Below the pieces are notes generated by a model that did no database searches, was not told the origin of the DNA, and worked only from the letters and a program-made list of their open reading frames with translations. From NCBI RefSeq assembly GCF_009914755.1, contig NC_060940.1: DNA of 64,000 bases; one strand, given 5' to 3'. Of this stretch, positions 47,123 to 64,000 are shown piece after piece (position 1 is the first letter of the stretch; each line of letters begins with the position of its first letter). Made by a program: the position numbers and the translations under genes. The DNA comes from the human T2T-CHM13v2.0 reference genome, Homo sapiens.

Positions 47123-47643
47123 TCACTTTTTCTTGGGCTCCTTAGAAGCTACCAGGTACCTCTGGGCCACACTGAGATGAGGGGAGTAGCCGTCTGCATA
47201 GGAGGTGTCTTCAAACAGGATAGAATAGTCCTCCTGGGGCTGTGGGGCAGGTGGACAGGAAGGGCAGAGAGCAGCCCCGGGGCTGGTGTCACTCACTTGT
47301 TGGTGGCATGGCTGTAACTGACCACCTCGGCCAGGATCCACTGCTCATCCCCATCCACGGCCTTCACCCGGGCAGCCACCTTGTCTCCAGGTCTGGCCAC
47401 GTAGTCTCCTGAGGCAGGGATGGCCCCACAGAGGGGTGGGGGCCTGTGAGTGGAACAAAGGATCAGTCCCAGCCCCTGGGCACCAGCCCCTTCCTCGCAG
47501 CTGCTGCCCTCACTTGTCACCAGGCTTCCCAATCCACAGGGGCAGGGTCATGGCCGACTGCTGCAGCAGGGTCATCAGCACCCCTCTGCGCATGGTCTTC
47601 CGGGGTGGCTCCAAGTCATTGTAGAGACCCGCGATCTTGGCCA
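47123..47643 (-). pseudogene. SGF29 (CCDC101) partial duplicate: three 3' exons, with 5' half and two internal Tudor exons missing
   Basis: Exons (-) 47643-47514 (AKIAGLYNDLEPPRKTMRRGVLMTLLQQSAMTLPLWIGKPGDK), 47443-47297 (PPPLCGAIPASGDYVARPGDKVAARVKAVDGDEQWILAEVVSYSHATNK) and 47239-47123 (PQEDYSILFEDTSYADGYSPHLSVAQRYLVASKEPKKK*). ATTAAA at 47059-47054. Confidence 0.92.
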
Positions 47644-47970
47644 CTGTGGGAAGAAAGGGAGGCCTGAGGCCCCAGGGACAGGGGCTGGCCCTGACCCCCC
47701 AGCATGCTGAACTGAGCTGCTGGAGGAGCACCTGGGAGCCCCCAGCTCCCGAGTGAGCCCGAGGGCACAGCAGGACTGTGACCTGATCTGCCAGGTGTCC
47801 TACAGGGGCTGCTGCGCTCAACTACATATGGGTGAGACGGCAGCACACCAGGCACCCAGGGGAAGGAACCAGGGAGGGACAAAGCGGGTTCTGAGGTGCT
47901 GGTGAGGTTCTCTTCTTGATGTCGGTGCTGACACAGAAGTGTGTTTCGTTAGTGAAAAGTTCCTAAAATT

Positions 47971-50029
47971 CGAAGGGTCCCGCGGGAATCGGGGCGAGGC
48001 CGGGTGCCTCTTCAGCGTCCAGCTGCTCTACTGCCTGAATCCCTGGTACCCGGGCCCTGTCTACGTGGGGCTCACTGTCAACCCTGTTCGTCCAGCAGCA
48101 CAATGGTGGCCGCAAAAAAGGCGGGGCTTGGCGGACCATTGGCCGAGGTCCCTGTTAAGAGGGGGAGGGTCTCTGTGCCCGGAGGAAGGCTCCCTGGAGG
48201 AGGCGGAACCGGGGGGCACAAGCCTGCTGAGAGGGACCCACTAGGTCTGTGACGTGCGCGGGACGTCCCGGGCGAGGCCTGTTGGTGGGGGGAGGCTGTC
48301 GCAGGGGAGGAGCCTAACGGGGAGGCGGTGCCCTGGGAATCTCGGCGTTAGAACTCCGGAGAGCAGCTGGCTGAGGCGAGGGTGATGATCCAGGCTGGGG
48401 TCCAGCGCAGGGGTCTTGGGGGGCACGCTGGGGTCGGGTGGAGCGCAGGAGGGAGAGGAATGAGAACAGGTGGGTACCTGGGCTGGAGGCGGGACCTGAG
48501 GTGGGCAGGTGCAGGGGGCGTGCCTTCAGGCAGTTGCGGGGCCAGGGCTCGGCTGAAGCTGGGAGTGAGGACCCCGTTCTCCGGTGGGATAGGAGGGGAC
48601 CCGCGATGCTGGGCTGCGCTGGCGGTAGGGCGCGGCGGGGCTCACAGGAACATTCCTGTTCTCCTCCCCATGGAGATTGTGCTCGTCGTGCACGGCTTCC
48701 CATCCGCCGCGGCCGCCCTTCGGGTAAAGAAGAAGACCGGGCGGCGGCCTGTGGCCTGGATTTGGGGTCCGACCCCCGCCCGGAGCCGCCTTGACTCCAA
48801 CCCCGCCGCGGTTGGAGGGGGCCTGGCACCCCCGCCCTGGGCGCTCCTCCCGGTCCCGTTGCGCCCCGACCTCCGTCAGCCGCACGGCACTGGCCACTGA
48901 CCGTCGGGCCTCCTCCGCCCCAGGGCGCCGCGCAGGTCCCTTTGCTGACGCCGAGCCTGAGCCTGAGCCGGTCCCGGGGTCCAAGAGGGCTGTGTGCACC
49001 CTGCGCGTCCGCGCGCTCCAGGGGAGGTGCGCTCCAGGGGAGGTCCGCCCCAAGCAGAGCGGCACATCCTCCAGACGACTTCGGATCCTGCTGTTGAGGA
49101 GCCAGGAAACGCCCTGACACTGTTGCGGCCCTGTCCACATCTCTAAGATGGGGATGGATGATAGTACTTCTGGCCATTCCTGAGCACAGCAGGACCTGCC
49201 TTTTCCCTTTGACTGGAAGGTTCTTCTCTACATCTTCAGTCTTGATAACCTGCCACCTCCACAGGGAGGTCTTCCCTGGCTCCCAATTTAAAATTGCAGC
49301 TCTGAGAAGCCGGGCATGGTGGCATATGCCTGTAGTCCCAGCTACGGGGGAGGCTGAGGTGGGAGGATCGCTTGAGCCCAGGAGTTGGAGGCTGAAGTGA
49401 GCTATGATCACTCCATTGCACTCCAGCCTGGGGGAAACAGCAAGACCCTGTCTCTAAAAAAATAAAATACAATAAAATTGCGGCTCTTTCTTGTGCACTT
49501 CCCTGCCCGCCCCCCTTTCCTGAACCCTTATTATTTTCTGCCATACTACAAATTTTATGCATCTCATTAAACCCCTTCCGAACCTGTGTACTAAACTGCC
49601 TGGGGGCAGCTCTCATCACTGCTGTAGAACAAAGTCCCACATAGAGCCAATGGCCAAGAAACAGTTAATAAAATAACAGACGATGGTCCTGGCCTCTACT
49701 GTGAGTGAGTAAAGGGCTTGCCCTGCAGAGATTCAGTGATCTGGCGGGGGTTGCTGAGCTATGAGGAAGTTCAGATCTGGCTGCAGGGGTGAGGCTGTGA
49801 CTCAGTCAATCACTGCCCATGCTCACAGGACACTGGCCAGCTTAGTCCCTGGGGGCAAGGATTTTACCCCCCCCCCACCTCCATTTCCTCATCTCTAAGA
49901 TGTGAATAATCGTCGCCCCTGCCTCACAGGATTGAGCTGTGTAACCCCCCTCCCACCTTTTTTCTATGCCATCCACTGCGGGTCTGGGGCTTTTTACTGG
50001 AATGCAATACAAAGTCTGAGTCAAGGGTG

Positions 50030-50030
<1 letters not shown>
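47971..50030 (+). pseudogene. Unprocessed SLX1 pseudogene
   Basis: Colinear with 36633-40120. ATG>AAG (47973-75), 5-nt deletion in exon 1 (~48091), exon-1 donor GT>TT (~48155), exon-2 acceptor AG>AT (48670-71), exon 3 internally deleted, exons 4-6 deleted (junction ~49944), poly(A) signal AATAAA>AATACA (50006-11). Confidence 0.93.
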
Positions 50031-52889
<2,859 letters not shown>

Positions 52890-53897
52890 TGTGGGCGGCA
52901 AGCCACCCAGGCACCGAGGCAAGAGACAGAGGACACGATCTGTTCCAGTATAATAAAATATAAAACAAGAATAGTTATACCAGATATAGATCTTAGATAT
53001 GATTATATATGAATATCATTAATCATTAGTTTGTAGCAATTACTTTTTCTTCCAATATTATAATAATCCTTGCTCTATAATCATAGCCTAGGAAAAACCA
53101 GGCCATACAGAGACAGGAGCTGAAGGGACATAGTGAGGTGTGACTGCAAGACAGGAGTGCGAGCCTTCTGTTATGCCCGGACAGGGCCACCAGAGGGCTC
53201 CTTGGTCTAGCGGTGACGCCAGCGTCTGGGAAGACGCCCGTTACCAGGCGGATCGTGGTCCAGCGGTAGCAAAAGGTGTCAAGAAACAACACCCGCTACT
53301 CAGCAGACCAGGAAAGGGGGGTCTCCCTTTCCCTGGGGGAGTTTAGAGAAGACTCTGCTCCTCCACCTCTTGTGGAGGGCCTGACATTAGTCAGGCTCGC
53401 CCGCAGTTATCCGGAGGCCTAACCGTCTCCCTGTGATGCTGTGCTTCAGTGGTCACACTCCTAGTCCACCTTCATGTTCCATCCTGTACACCTGGCTCTG
53501 CCTTCTAGATAGCAGTGGTAAATTAGTGAAAATACTAATAGTCCCTGATATGCAGAAATAATGGCATAAGCTGTCTTTCTCTTTGTCTCCTCTCCCTCTC
53601 TGCCTCGGCTGCCAGGCAGGGAAGGGCCCCCTGTCCGGTGGACACATGACCCACGTGACCTTACCTATCATTGGAGGTGACTCACATTCTTTACCCTGCC
53701 CCTTCTGCCTTGTATCCAATAAATAACAGCGCAGCCCGACATTCGGGGCCACTACCAGTCTCTGCACATTGGTGGTAGTGGTCCCCCGGGCCCAGTTGCC
53801 TTTTCTCTTGTCTCTTTGTCTTGTGTCTTTATTTCTACACTCTCTCATTGCCGCACTTAGGGAGAGACCCACCGACCCTGTGGGGCTGGTCCCTACA
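52890..53897 (+). mobile_element. Solo LTR13 (ERVK-class LTR), 1008 bp
   Basis: TGTGGGCGGCAAGCCACCCAGG...GGGGCTGGTCCCTACA with TG...CA termini; AATAAA at 53718-53723. Matches the LTR13 consensus as I recall it. No TSD. Confidence 0.88.
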
Positions 53898-54436
53898 GAG
53901 AATGACTTGAACCTGGGAGGCAGAGATTGTAGTGAGGTGAGATTGCACCACTGCACTCCAGCTTGGGTGACAGAGCAAGACTCTGTCTCAAAAAAAAGAT
54001 GAGGTGAGTTCAGTTTGGGAAATGTTGAATGCCAGATGCCTTTGGCCTATTCAGAGGGAGATTGCCGAAGCACAGAGGAGAGTTCATGACAGGGTTTAAT
54101 TATTTTTAGTGCTCTCATGTCCCAGATTCGGCCAATTGGAGTCCCTCCACGCTGGTTCCTGTGTCCTGTGACATCACCCATCTTCTTTCTCCTTTTCTTC
54201 TTTCATAAGCCACTTCCTTCCTGGCATGACAGTGTGTTCCAGGACCATCTTGTACCTTGCACCTGCCCTGCCCTGGCCCTAGAATCAGCCAATTCTCTGA
54301 GGCATCCTGATTCCTTTTTGTGGGGGAACGGTTTGAGAACAAAATATACTACTACATGATACTATATTCTGACAGGAAAAAACACAGCCATAAGAAATAA
54401 AGCCATGGCCGGGCACAGTGGCTCCTGTAATCCTAA

Positions 54437-54727
<291 letters not shown>

Positions 54728-55052
54728 TGAGTAGCTGGGATTACAGATTCCTGCCATCACGCCCTGCTAATTTTTGTATTTTTGTTAGAGATGGGGTTTC
54801 TCAATGTTGGTCAGGCTGGTCTCAAACTCCCGACTTCAGGTGATCCGGCTGCCTTGGCCTCCCAAAGTGCTGGGATTACAGGGGTATATTTTATATTTAA
54901 AGTATATTTAAAAATTAAGGGCCAGGCTCAGTGTCTCACGCCTGTAATCCCAGCACTTTGGGAGGCCGAGGTGGCTGGATCCCATGAACTCGGGAATTTG
55001 AAAGGCACAAGAGCGAAACTCCGTCTCAAAAATATATGTAAAATATATTTTA

Positions 55053-55187
<135 letters not shown>

Positions 55188-55190
55188 TTA

Positions 55191-55334
<144 letters not shown>

Positions 55335-55777
55335 TCAAAAACAAAACAAAATAAAACAAAACAAAACAAAACAAAATATATGTATATACACACACACATT
55401 ATATGTAATATCTACTTTTAAATATAAACATAAATATTATAAAGCTTTTATTGCAATTGTTCATTTTAGAAACTTCAGAAAATACAAATTAGTAAAAAGA
55501 AGAAAATAAGTCTGTAATACCACTTTTAAGAACTATTTTAAAAACCTCTAGCTTTTTTTTGAGATATAATTTACATACCAAGACTTTTTTAAAAAAAAAA
55601 ATTCATAATGGTGACTTTTTTATCGGACTGTATAGAATAAAGCTTGTTAAAATGTCTAAGATATTTTGTAATATATGAAAATTTCAGCTAAACTTGTGCT
55701 ATAGCATCCCATGGTTTGAATATATTATTGAAAATCATTCCATAAACAATGGTTTGGTATATAGTTTTAACAATTCA

Positions 55778-56365
<588 letters not shown>

Positions 56366-56962
56366 CTAGTAGACTTTTCATTCTGATGTTAAAAATATAA
56401 TTAATAGAAATGTCTTGTACCTAATAGCTTTTTTCCCCACAACTCCCCAACCCCCTCACTCTAGAGGCCTTAGTAGTCTAATTTAATCAGCTTAGTCTGA
56501 AATATAATACTACCTTGGCATCTTGTTGGCCTAGTATTTCTTACTCTTTTATGGAATGAACTGTGCAATTGTTTTGTGTGGCTAAAAGGTATTCTAGGTC
56601 GAATATAGTGGCTCACACCTGTAATCCCAGCGCTTTGGGATGCCGAGGTGGGCGGATCACCTGAGGTCGGGAGTTCGAGACCAGCCTGGCCAACATGTTG
56701 AAAACCCGTCTCTACTAAAAATACAAAATTTAGCCAGGTGAGGTGGTGTGCATCTGTCATCGCAGATACTCAGGAGGCAGAGGCACGACAATTGCTTGAA
56801 CCCAGGAGGCAGAGGTTACGGTGAGCTAAGATTGCATCACTGCACTCCAGTCTGGGCAACAGAGTGAGACCCTGTCTCAAAAAATAAAAAACAAAATAAA
56901 TAAATAAAAAATAAAAGGCATTCTAATTAAGTTGTTGCTTTTTTTTTTTTTTTTAATTCCAG

Positions 56963-57253
56963 AGCGGACTGATGTACTGGCCCTTAGTACAGGTGAGTTC
57001 CGCCTGCTCAGTAATATGAACTCAGGGCTTTGGTTTCCATGTGGCCCTAATGGACTCACTCTCCCTGTTCCAGCTAACCAACTTCAGCCTTGTTCCTGTT
57101 CAATGGAGAACAGCTTACGCTGGAGTCTGTGGTTTTCTCTGGGCCACCTTCATCTGTTTTTCCCAGCAGAGCGGTGACGGCACATTCAAGTCAGCTTTCA
57201 CCATTTTATATACAAAGGGGACCAGTGCCACAGAAGGGTCCCCGGAGAAATGA
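56963..57253 (+). pseudogene. MPV17L partial duplicate: last two coding exons plus AT-rich 3'UTR
   Basis: 30-nt exon 56963-56992 (SGLMYWPLVQ, AG/GT intact) and terminal exon 57074-57253 (LTNFSLVPVQWRTAYAGVCGFLWATFICFSQQSGDGTFKSAFTILYTKGTSATEGSPEK*). This matches the MPV17L C-terminus as I recall it (...TSATEGYPKK). Upstream MPV17L exons are not seen. Confidence 0.88.
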
Positions 57254-57729
57254 GAAGTCAAGGACTCTCTTAAAGGGACCACATTTTGACCTAAAATGCA
57301 CAGAATTGCCTGCAGACAAAATATTTGATGTGCCAATTATGCACTTCATTTTGAGGAATTACTACTATTTATAGACCCACTTTTAAAAAAATTATCAATG
57401 ATTATTTTTTAATTGTATTCAGACATTTTTTCCTGATCTAGTCTGAAATATTACTTCTCTAATATTTTGGTTAATATGAATAACAGTGGCAAAATGGCAT
57501 TTTAGAATTATTAATATTTCTAATATTTTAATGCAAGTTTCAGGAAACTTGGTTTCTTGGTTTTGATTGTTTACATTTCTATTCTAAAATCTCAGGTTAT
57601 CTCCTGAACACTTTTGGACAGATGAAGTTTTACACCAAAAAATAGTTCTTAGAGTGAATTTTAATTTACATAGAACTCAATCGAAATGAAGATTTAATAA
57701 CCAGATTTCTTTCCCCAAAACATACATAA

Positions 57730-57894
<165 letters not shown>

Positions 57895-58384
57895 TAGGAC
57901 TACAGTCGCCCAGCACCACGCCCAGCTAACTGGTGGTGGTAGAGACAGGGTTTTACCATGTTGGCCAGGCTGGTCTCCAGCTCCTGACCTCGTGATCCGC
58001 CCTCCTCAGCCTCCGAAAGTGCTGGGATTACAGCAGTCAGCCACTGCGTCCTGCCCCCAAATTTGCTTTGCATGGAGAAAACTCTAACAAGTCCTCTTGA
58101 ACACAGTTTTCTGATAACCCAGATCAATGAACTACCCAGGCTTCACCACTATGCGATATAGGCATGTGAGAAACTCGTACTTATACCCCCTCAATACATT
58201 AAAACTAAATATATATATATATTTTTAAATCAATGGGCCAGGTGCAGTGGCTCACGCCTGTAATCTCAGCACTTTGGGAGGCCAAGGCGGGTGGATCACT
58301 TGCGGTCAGGAGTTCCAGATCAGCCTGGCCAGCCCGCCTCTACTAAAAATACAAAAATTAGCCAGGCGTGGTGGTGCATGTCTC

Positions 58385-58882
<498 letters not shown>

Positions 58883-59122
58883 TAAATATGCTACTTTTCT
58901 ACCGATAAAAAGACAAAATGGAATTTAAATCTGGCCTGGACTTCTCAAAAAAGTCAGTGTGATGAAAACATGTTCTAGATAAAACAGAAATGAGACTGGG
59001 CATGGTGGCTCATGCCTGGAATCCCAGCGCCTTCGGAGGCCAAGGCAGGAGAATCACTTGAGGCCAGGAGTTTGTGAACAGCCTGGGCAACATAGTGAGA
59101 CCCCAGATCTACTAAAAATTTA

Positions 59123-59616
<494 letters not shown>

Positions 59617-60200
59617 TCAACCTCCCGGAGCCATATAAACCCTAACCCTAACCCAGGAAGCAGGCAAGCCTGTGTGTGAGTTTCCACTCTATTGCTGGTA
59701 CCACTCGGCTCTGGCAACCCGGAAGGCCACCTTCCCCTGTTGTTACTGTGTAAGGAGGAAGGAGCACTGCTTTGCAAGTCAGAAGCCTGGGTTGAAGCCT
59801 CTGCTCGGGTTCCTGCTGGCTGTGGGAATGTGGGGTTACCTTTCCCGGCTGGCCTCGTTTCCTTCATGTCCAATGCAGGGGTTCCAGTCACATGCATTGG
59901 GCACCATTACATGTCCAAGCTGTGCCAGGATCTAGAAAAATGGCTGGACTCAGGCCAAGGGGCCTTCCTGTCTGGCAGTGAAAATAAGAGGAGATACCAA
60001 GGGCCCTGAGTCTGGAGGGGAAGTCATGAGCACAGGGCAGTGCCAGGGCCCGGGAGCTGCCACAGAGGAGCCCACCTTGGTGACAGACACCTGTAGGCAC
60101 ATCCGTGATGCCCAGTGCCCAACACAGGGAACTGGACAAACGTTTCATGCACGACTCTTTTTTCCCTTCTTGGCTACCTTGAGGACCTTGATTATAATAG

Positions 60201-60359
<159 letters not shown>

Positions 60360-60774
60360 TAGGCTCAGCTAATTTTTGTATTTTTACTACAGATGGGGTT
60401 TCACCATGTTGGCCAGGCTGATCTTGAACTGCTGACCTCAGGTGATCTGCCCACCTGGGCCTCCCAAAGTCTTGGGATTACAGGTGTGAGCCACTGAGCC
60501 CAGCCAGATTATAATAGCCTTTTCATGCACCAGGGGCTTTATACTCATTATCTCATTTCATTCATATGAGTTGAAGTCAGCTTACCCCCCATTTCACAGA
60601 TGAGGAAACCAAGGCCCAGAGAGGTTAGGAATTCGTCCAAGGTCACACAGCTAGGAAGTAGGATTCAAACCCAGACAGCCAGGCTGTAACACCTAGGCTC
60701 TTCTCAGGCTCATGCCCTTCCCAGGGGTCTGGGAAGCCCTGACCTGCAGCCTGTCACCTTCGTTTACCCCCCAG

Positions 60775-60925
60775 CCTCCAGGATATTATGTGTGCACCGG
60801 CGTGGGATCCTGGAACTGGCAGGAATTGTGGGTTGTGTTAGTCCCTAGACTCCCATCGCCTATATGAAATATGGTTCCTTTTGTGGCTTGGGAGGCCATG
60901 GCCAGCCCTGCGATGCCATTGACTG
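60775..60925 (+). pseudogene. PLA2G10 (group X secreted phospholipase A2) pseudogene exon
   Basis: CAG|CC TCC AGG...GAC TG|GTGAG translates to (A)SRILCVHRRGILELAGIVGCVSP*TPIAYMKYGSFCGLGGHGQPCDAID(W), versus PLA2G10 ASRILRVHRRGILELAGTVGCVGPRTPIAYMKYGCFCGLGGHGQPRDAIDW. In-frame TAG at 60846-60848. Confidence 0.9.
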
Positions 60926-61150
60926 GTGAGTGCATGCCTGGGACCAGGCTACAAAATCCCTCACACTCTGGGGTAGTCAAGGCTTATGAGGAAGTACCCA
61001 AAACTGAAGCTGGGGTTTGGTCCAGGGAGATCCCAGTGTGCAGTACTACTTTGCAGGCAGGCAGAGGCCTCTTGGATAACATGGCCAGTGAAGCCAGATC
61101 TTGGTACCAGCTGCCCCTTACCCTGGCCATGGGCTGAAAACGTTGCCTTA

Positions 61151-61525
<375 letters not shown>

Positions 61526-61587
61526 TCACTGGAGCCCAGGAGTTTGAAACGAGCCTAGGCAACAGAGTGAGACCCTGTCTCTATATT

Positions 61588-61590
<3 letters not shown>

Positions 61591-61642
<52 letters not shown>
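61591..61642. repeat. (CA)26 microsatellite
   Basis: Direct reading. Confidence 0.97.
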
Positions 61643-61644
<2 letters not shown>

Positions 61645-61770
61645 GGCAGCCAGACTATGCACTAGGAACTGCCCTGGGAATCCCTTTGTGTTCTCACAAC
61701 AATCCCATTTCACAGATGAAGAAACCTAGGCACAGAAATATTCAGTAACGTGTCCAGGTGCGGTGGCTCA

Positions 61771-62132
<362 letters not shown>

Positions 62133-62924
62133 TCATGCCTGCAGCCTCTGCACTCCTGCTACTTACTGTGTGAGAAGCGCCTGTTCTGTGGAAGGTTGTG
62201 GGCTGAGATCTTTCCATGAGTTCCACTCATTTACCCCCAAGGCTGTTCTTAAAGACGGGCATGACAGTTATGCCCATTTTACAGATGGGGCCCTGAGGCT
62301 CACAGGGGCATGCCACTCACCCATTTCCACAAAGCTATAGTTAGTTAGCAGAGGGCAGAATTCGGCCGCCTCTCCCCTAGCTTGAAGGCTGTGATTGACA
62401 CAGAGGTTTTTTTGTTGTTGCTGTTGTTTGTTCCTTTTTCTTTTTTTTGAGACAGGGTCTTGCTCTGTCATCCCAGCTGGAGTGCAGTGGTGCGATGTCA
62501 GCTCACTGCAAACTCTGCCTCCAAGATGCAAATGATTCTCGTGCCTCAGCCTCCCAAGTAGCTGGAATTACAGGTGTGCACTACCACGCCCAGCTGTTTT
62601 TTGTAGAGATGGGGTTAGTAGAGATTTGTTTTATAGAGACGGGGTTTCACCATGGTCTCTACTAAACCCTGTCTCTACTAAAAATACAAAAATTACCCAG
62701 GCGTGGTGGCACATGCCTGTAGTCCCAGCTACTCAAGAGGCTGAGGCAGGAGAATCACTTGAACCTGGGAGGTGGAGGTTGCAGTGACCCAAAATCATGC
62801 ACTCTAGCCTGGGGTCTCGCTTTTGCCCAGGTTAGAGTGCAGTGGCACAATCATAGTGGCTCACTGCAGCCTCAAACTCCTGGGCTGAAGGGAATCCTCC
62901 CACCTCAGCCTCCCAAGTAGCTAG

Positions 62925-63196
<272 letters not shown>

Positions 63197-64000
63197 TGAT
63201 CCACCTGCCTCGGCCTCTCAAAGTGTTGGGATTACAGGCATGAGCCACTGAGCCTGGCCTGGTGAGCTAATTTTTAAATTTGTTATAGAGACAAGAGTCT
63301 CTCTTATGTTGCCCAGGCTGGTCTCGACCCCCTGGCCTCAAGTGATCCTCCCACCTCAGCCTCCCAAAGTGCTGGGATTACAGATGGGTGTCACCGCACC
63401 TGGCCTCCGAGGAGGATTTCATTATAAACCTGCCCTGAAGGGAGGGAATCCAATTTTACGAGAGGGTGTAGCCTGGTGAGGCCTGGATGACCTCCGGAGG
63501 CAGGGGCTTGTGCCTGGGCTGAGGCCTAAGGGACAATGGGCAGACATGAAGTTGCCCCAGGCAGAGGGTACAGTGTGGGCAAAGTCAGGAAGTGGCAGGG
63601 CTTGGATCACTCCAGGAAGAGAGAGGAGTCATGTGTCACAGGAGCTCGAGACCCAGAGAGTGAGGCAGGCAGGCAGGGACCAAGCTTGGGCACAGCCAGG
63701 AAGGCAGGACAGGGCATGGTGGGGCCAATGGAATCATTACCCAAGACGGGCATTTTCAGGGAAACAGCTTAGATAAGGCCAGGCGTACAGTAGCTCCCAC
63801 CTGTAATCCCAGCATTTGGGGAGGCTGAGGTAGGAGGACTGCTTGAGCCTGGGAGTTCAAGACCAGCCTAGGCAACATAGACCCCATATCCACAAAAAAT
63901 TTAAAAAAGGAGTTTGTGTTCCTGTAGTAGCATACTTGGGAAGTTGAGGTGGCAGTATCACTTGAGCCCGGGAGTTCAAGGCTAAAGTGAGCTGATGGAG

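Noticed and set aside
59638-59654. AACCCTAACCCTAACCC telomere-like repeat preceded by TATAAA
   Set aside because: Fewer than three units; too short to distinguish from chance or to call an interstitial telomere or promoter.

Overview
Human genomic DNA that I recognise as chr16p11.2, at the edge of the BP5 segmental-duplication block. Recognition is from the translated exons and gene order, not a database search. Positions 1-25 kb are an extremely Alu-dense intergenic tract with old L1 remnants, a MER30, a 3'-truncated old SVA and a young TSD-flanked SVA (11032-13518). Four intact multi-exon genes follow, and their exon lengths sum to the expected proteins: CORO1A (+, 461 aa), BOLA2B (-, 86 aa), SLX1A (+, 275 aa; head-to-head with BOLA2B) and SULT1A3 (+, 295 aa). 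From 47 kb onward the sequence is a mosaic of gene fragments. In order: an internally deleted SGF29 3' fragment (-), a decayed SLX1 copy continuing into an orphan SULT1A promoter and 5'UTR exon, an LTR13 whose two flanks come from different loci, the last two MPV17L exons with intact splice sites, a deleted SVA SINE-R fragment, and a stop-containing PLA2G10 exon that the ORF track does not show. Almost all ORFs in the supplied track are Alu, SVA or GC-rich artefacts. No prokaryotic-type system (CRISPR etc.) is present. The best candidate for something undescribed is a possible chimeric transcription unit built from the same-strand fragments at 50-61 kb. That is a hypothesis, not an established finding.
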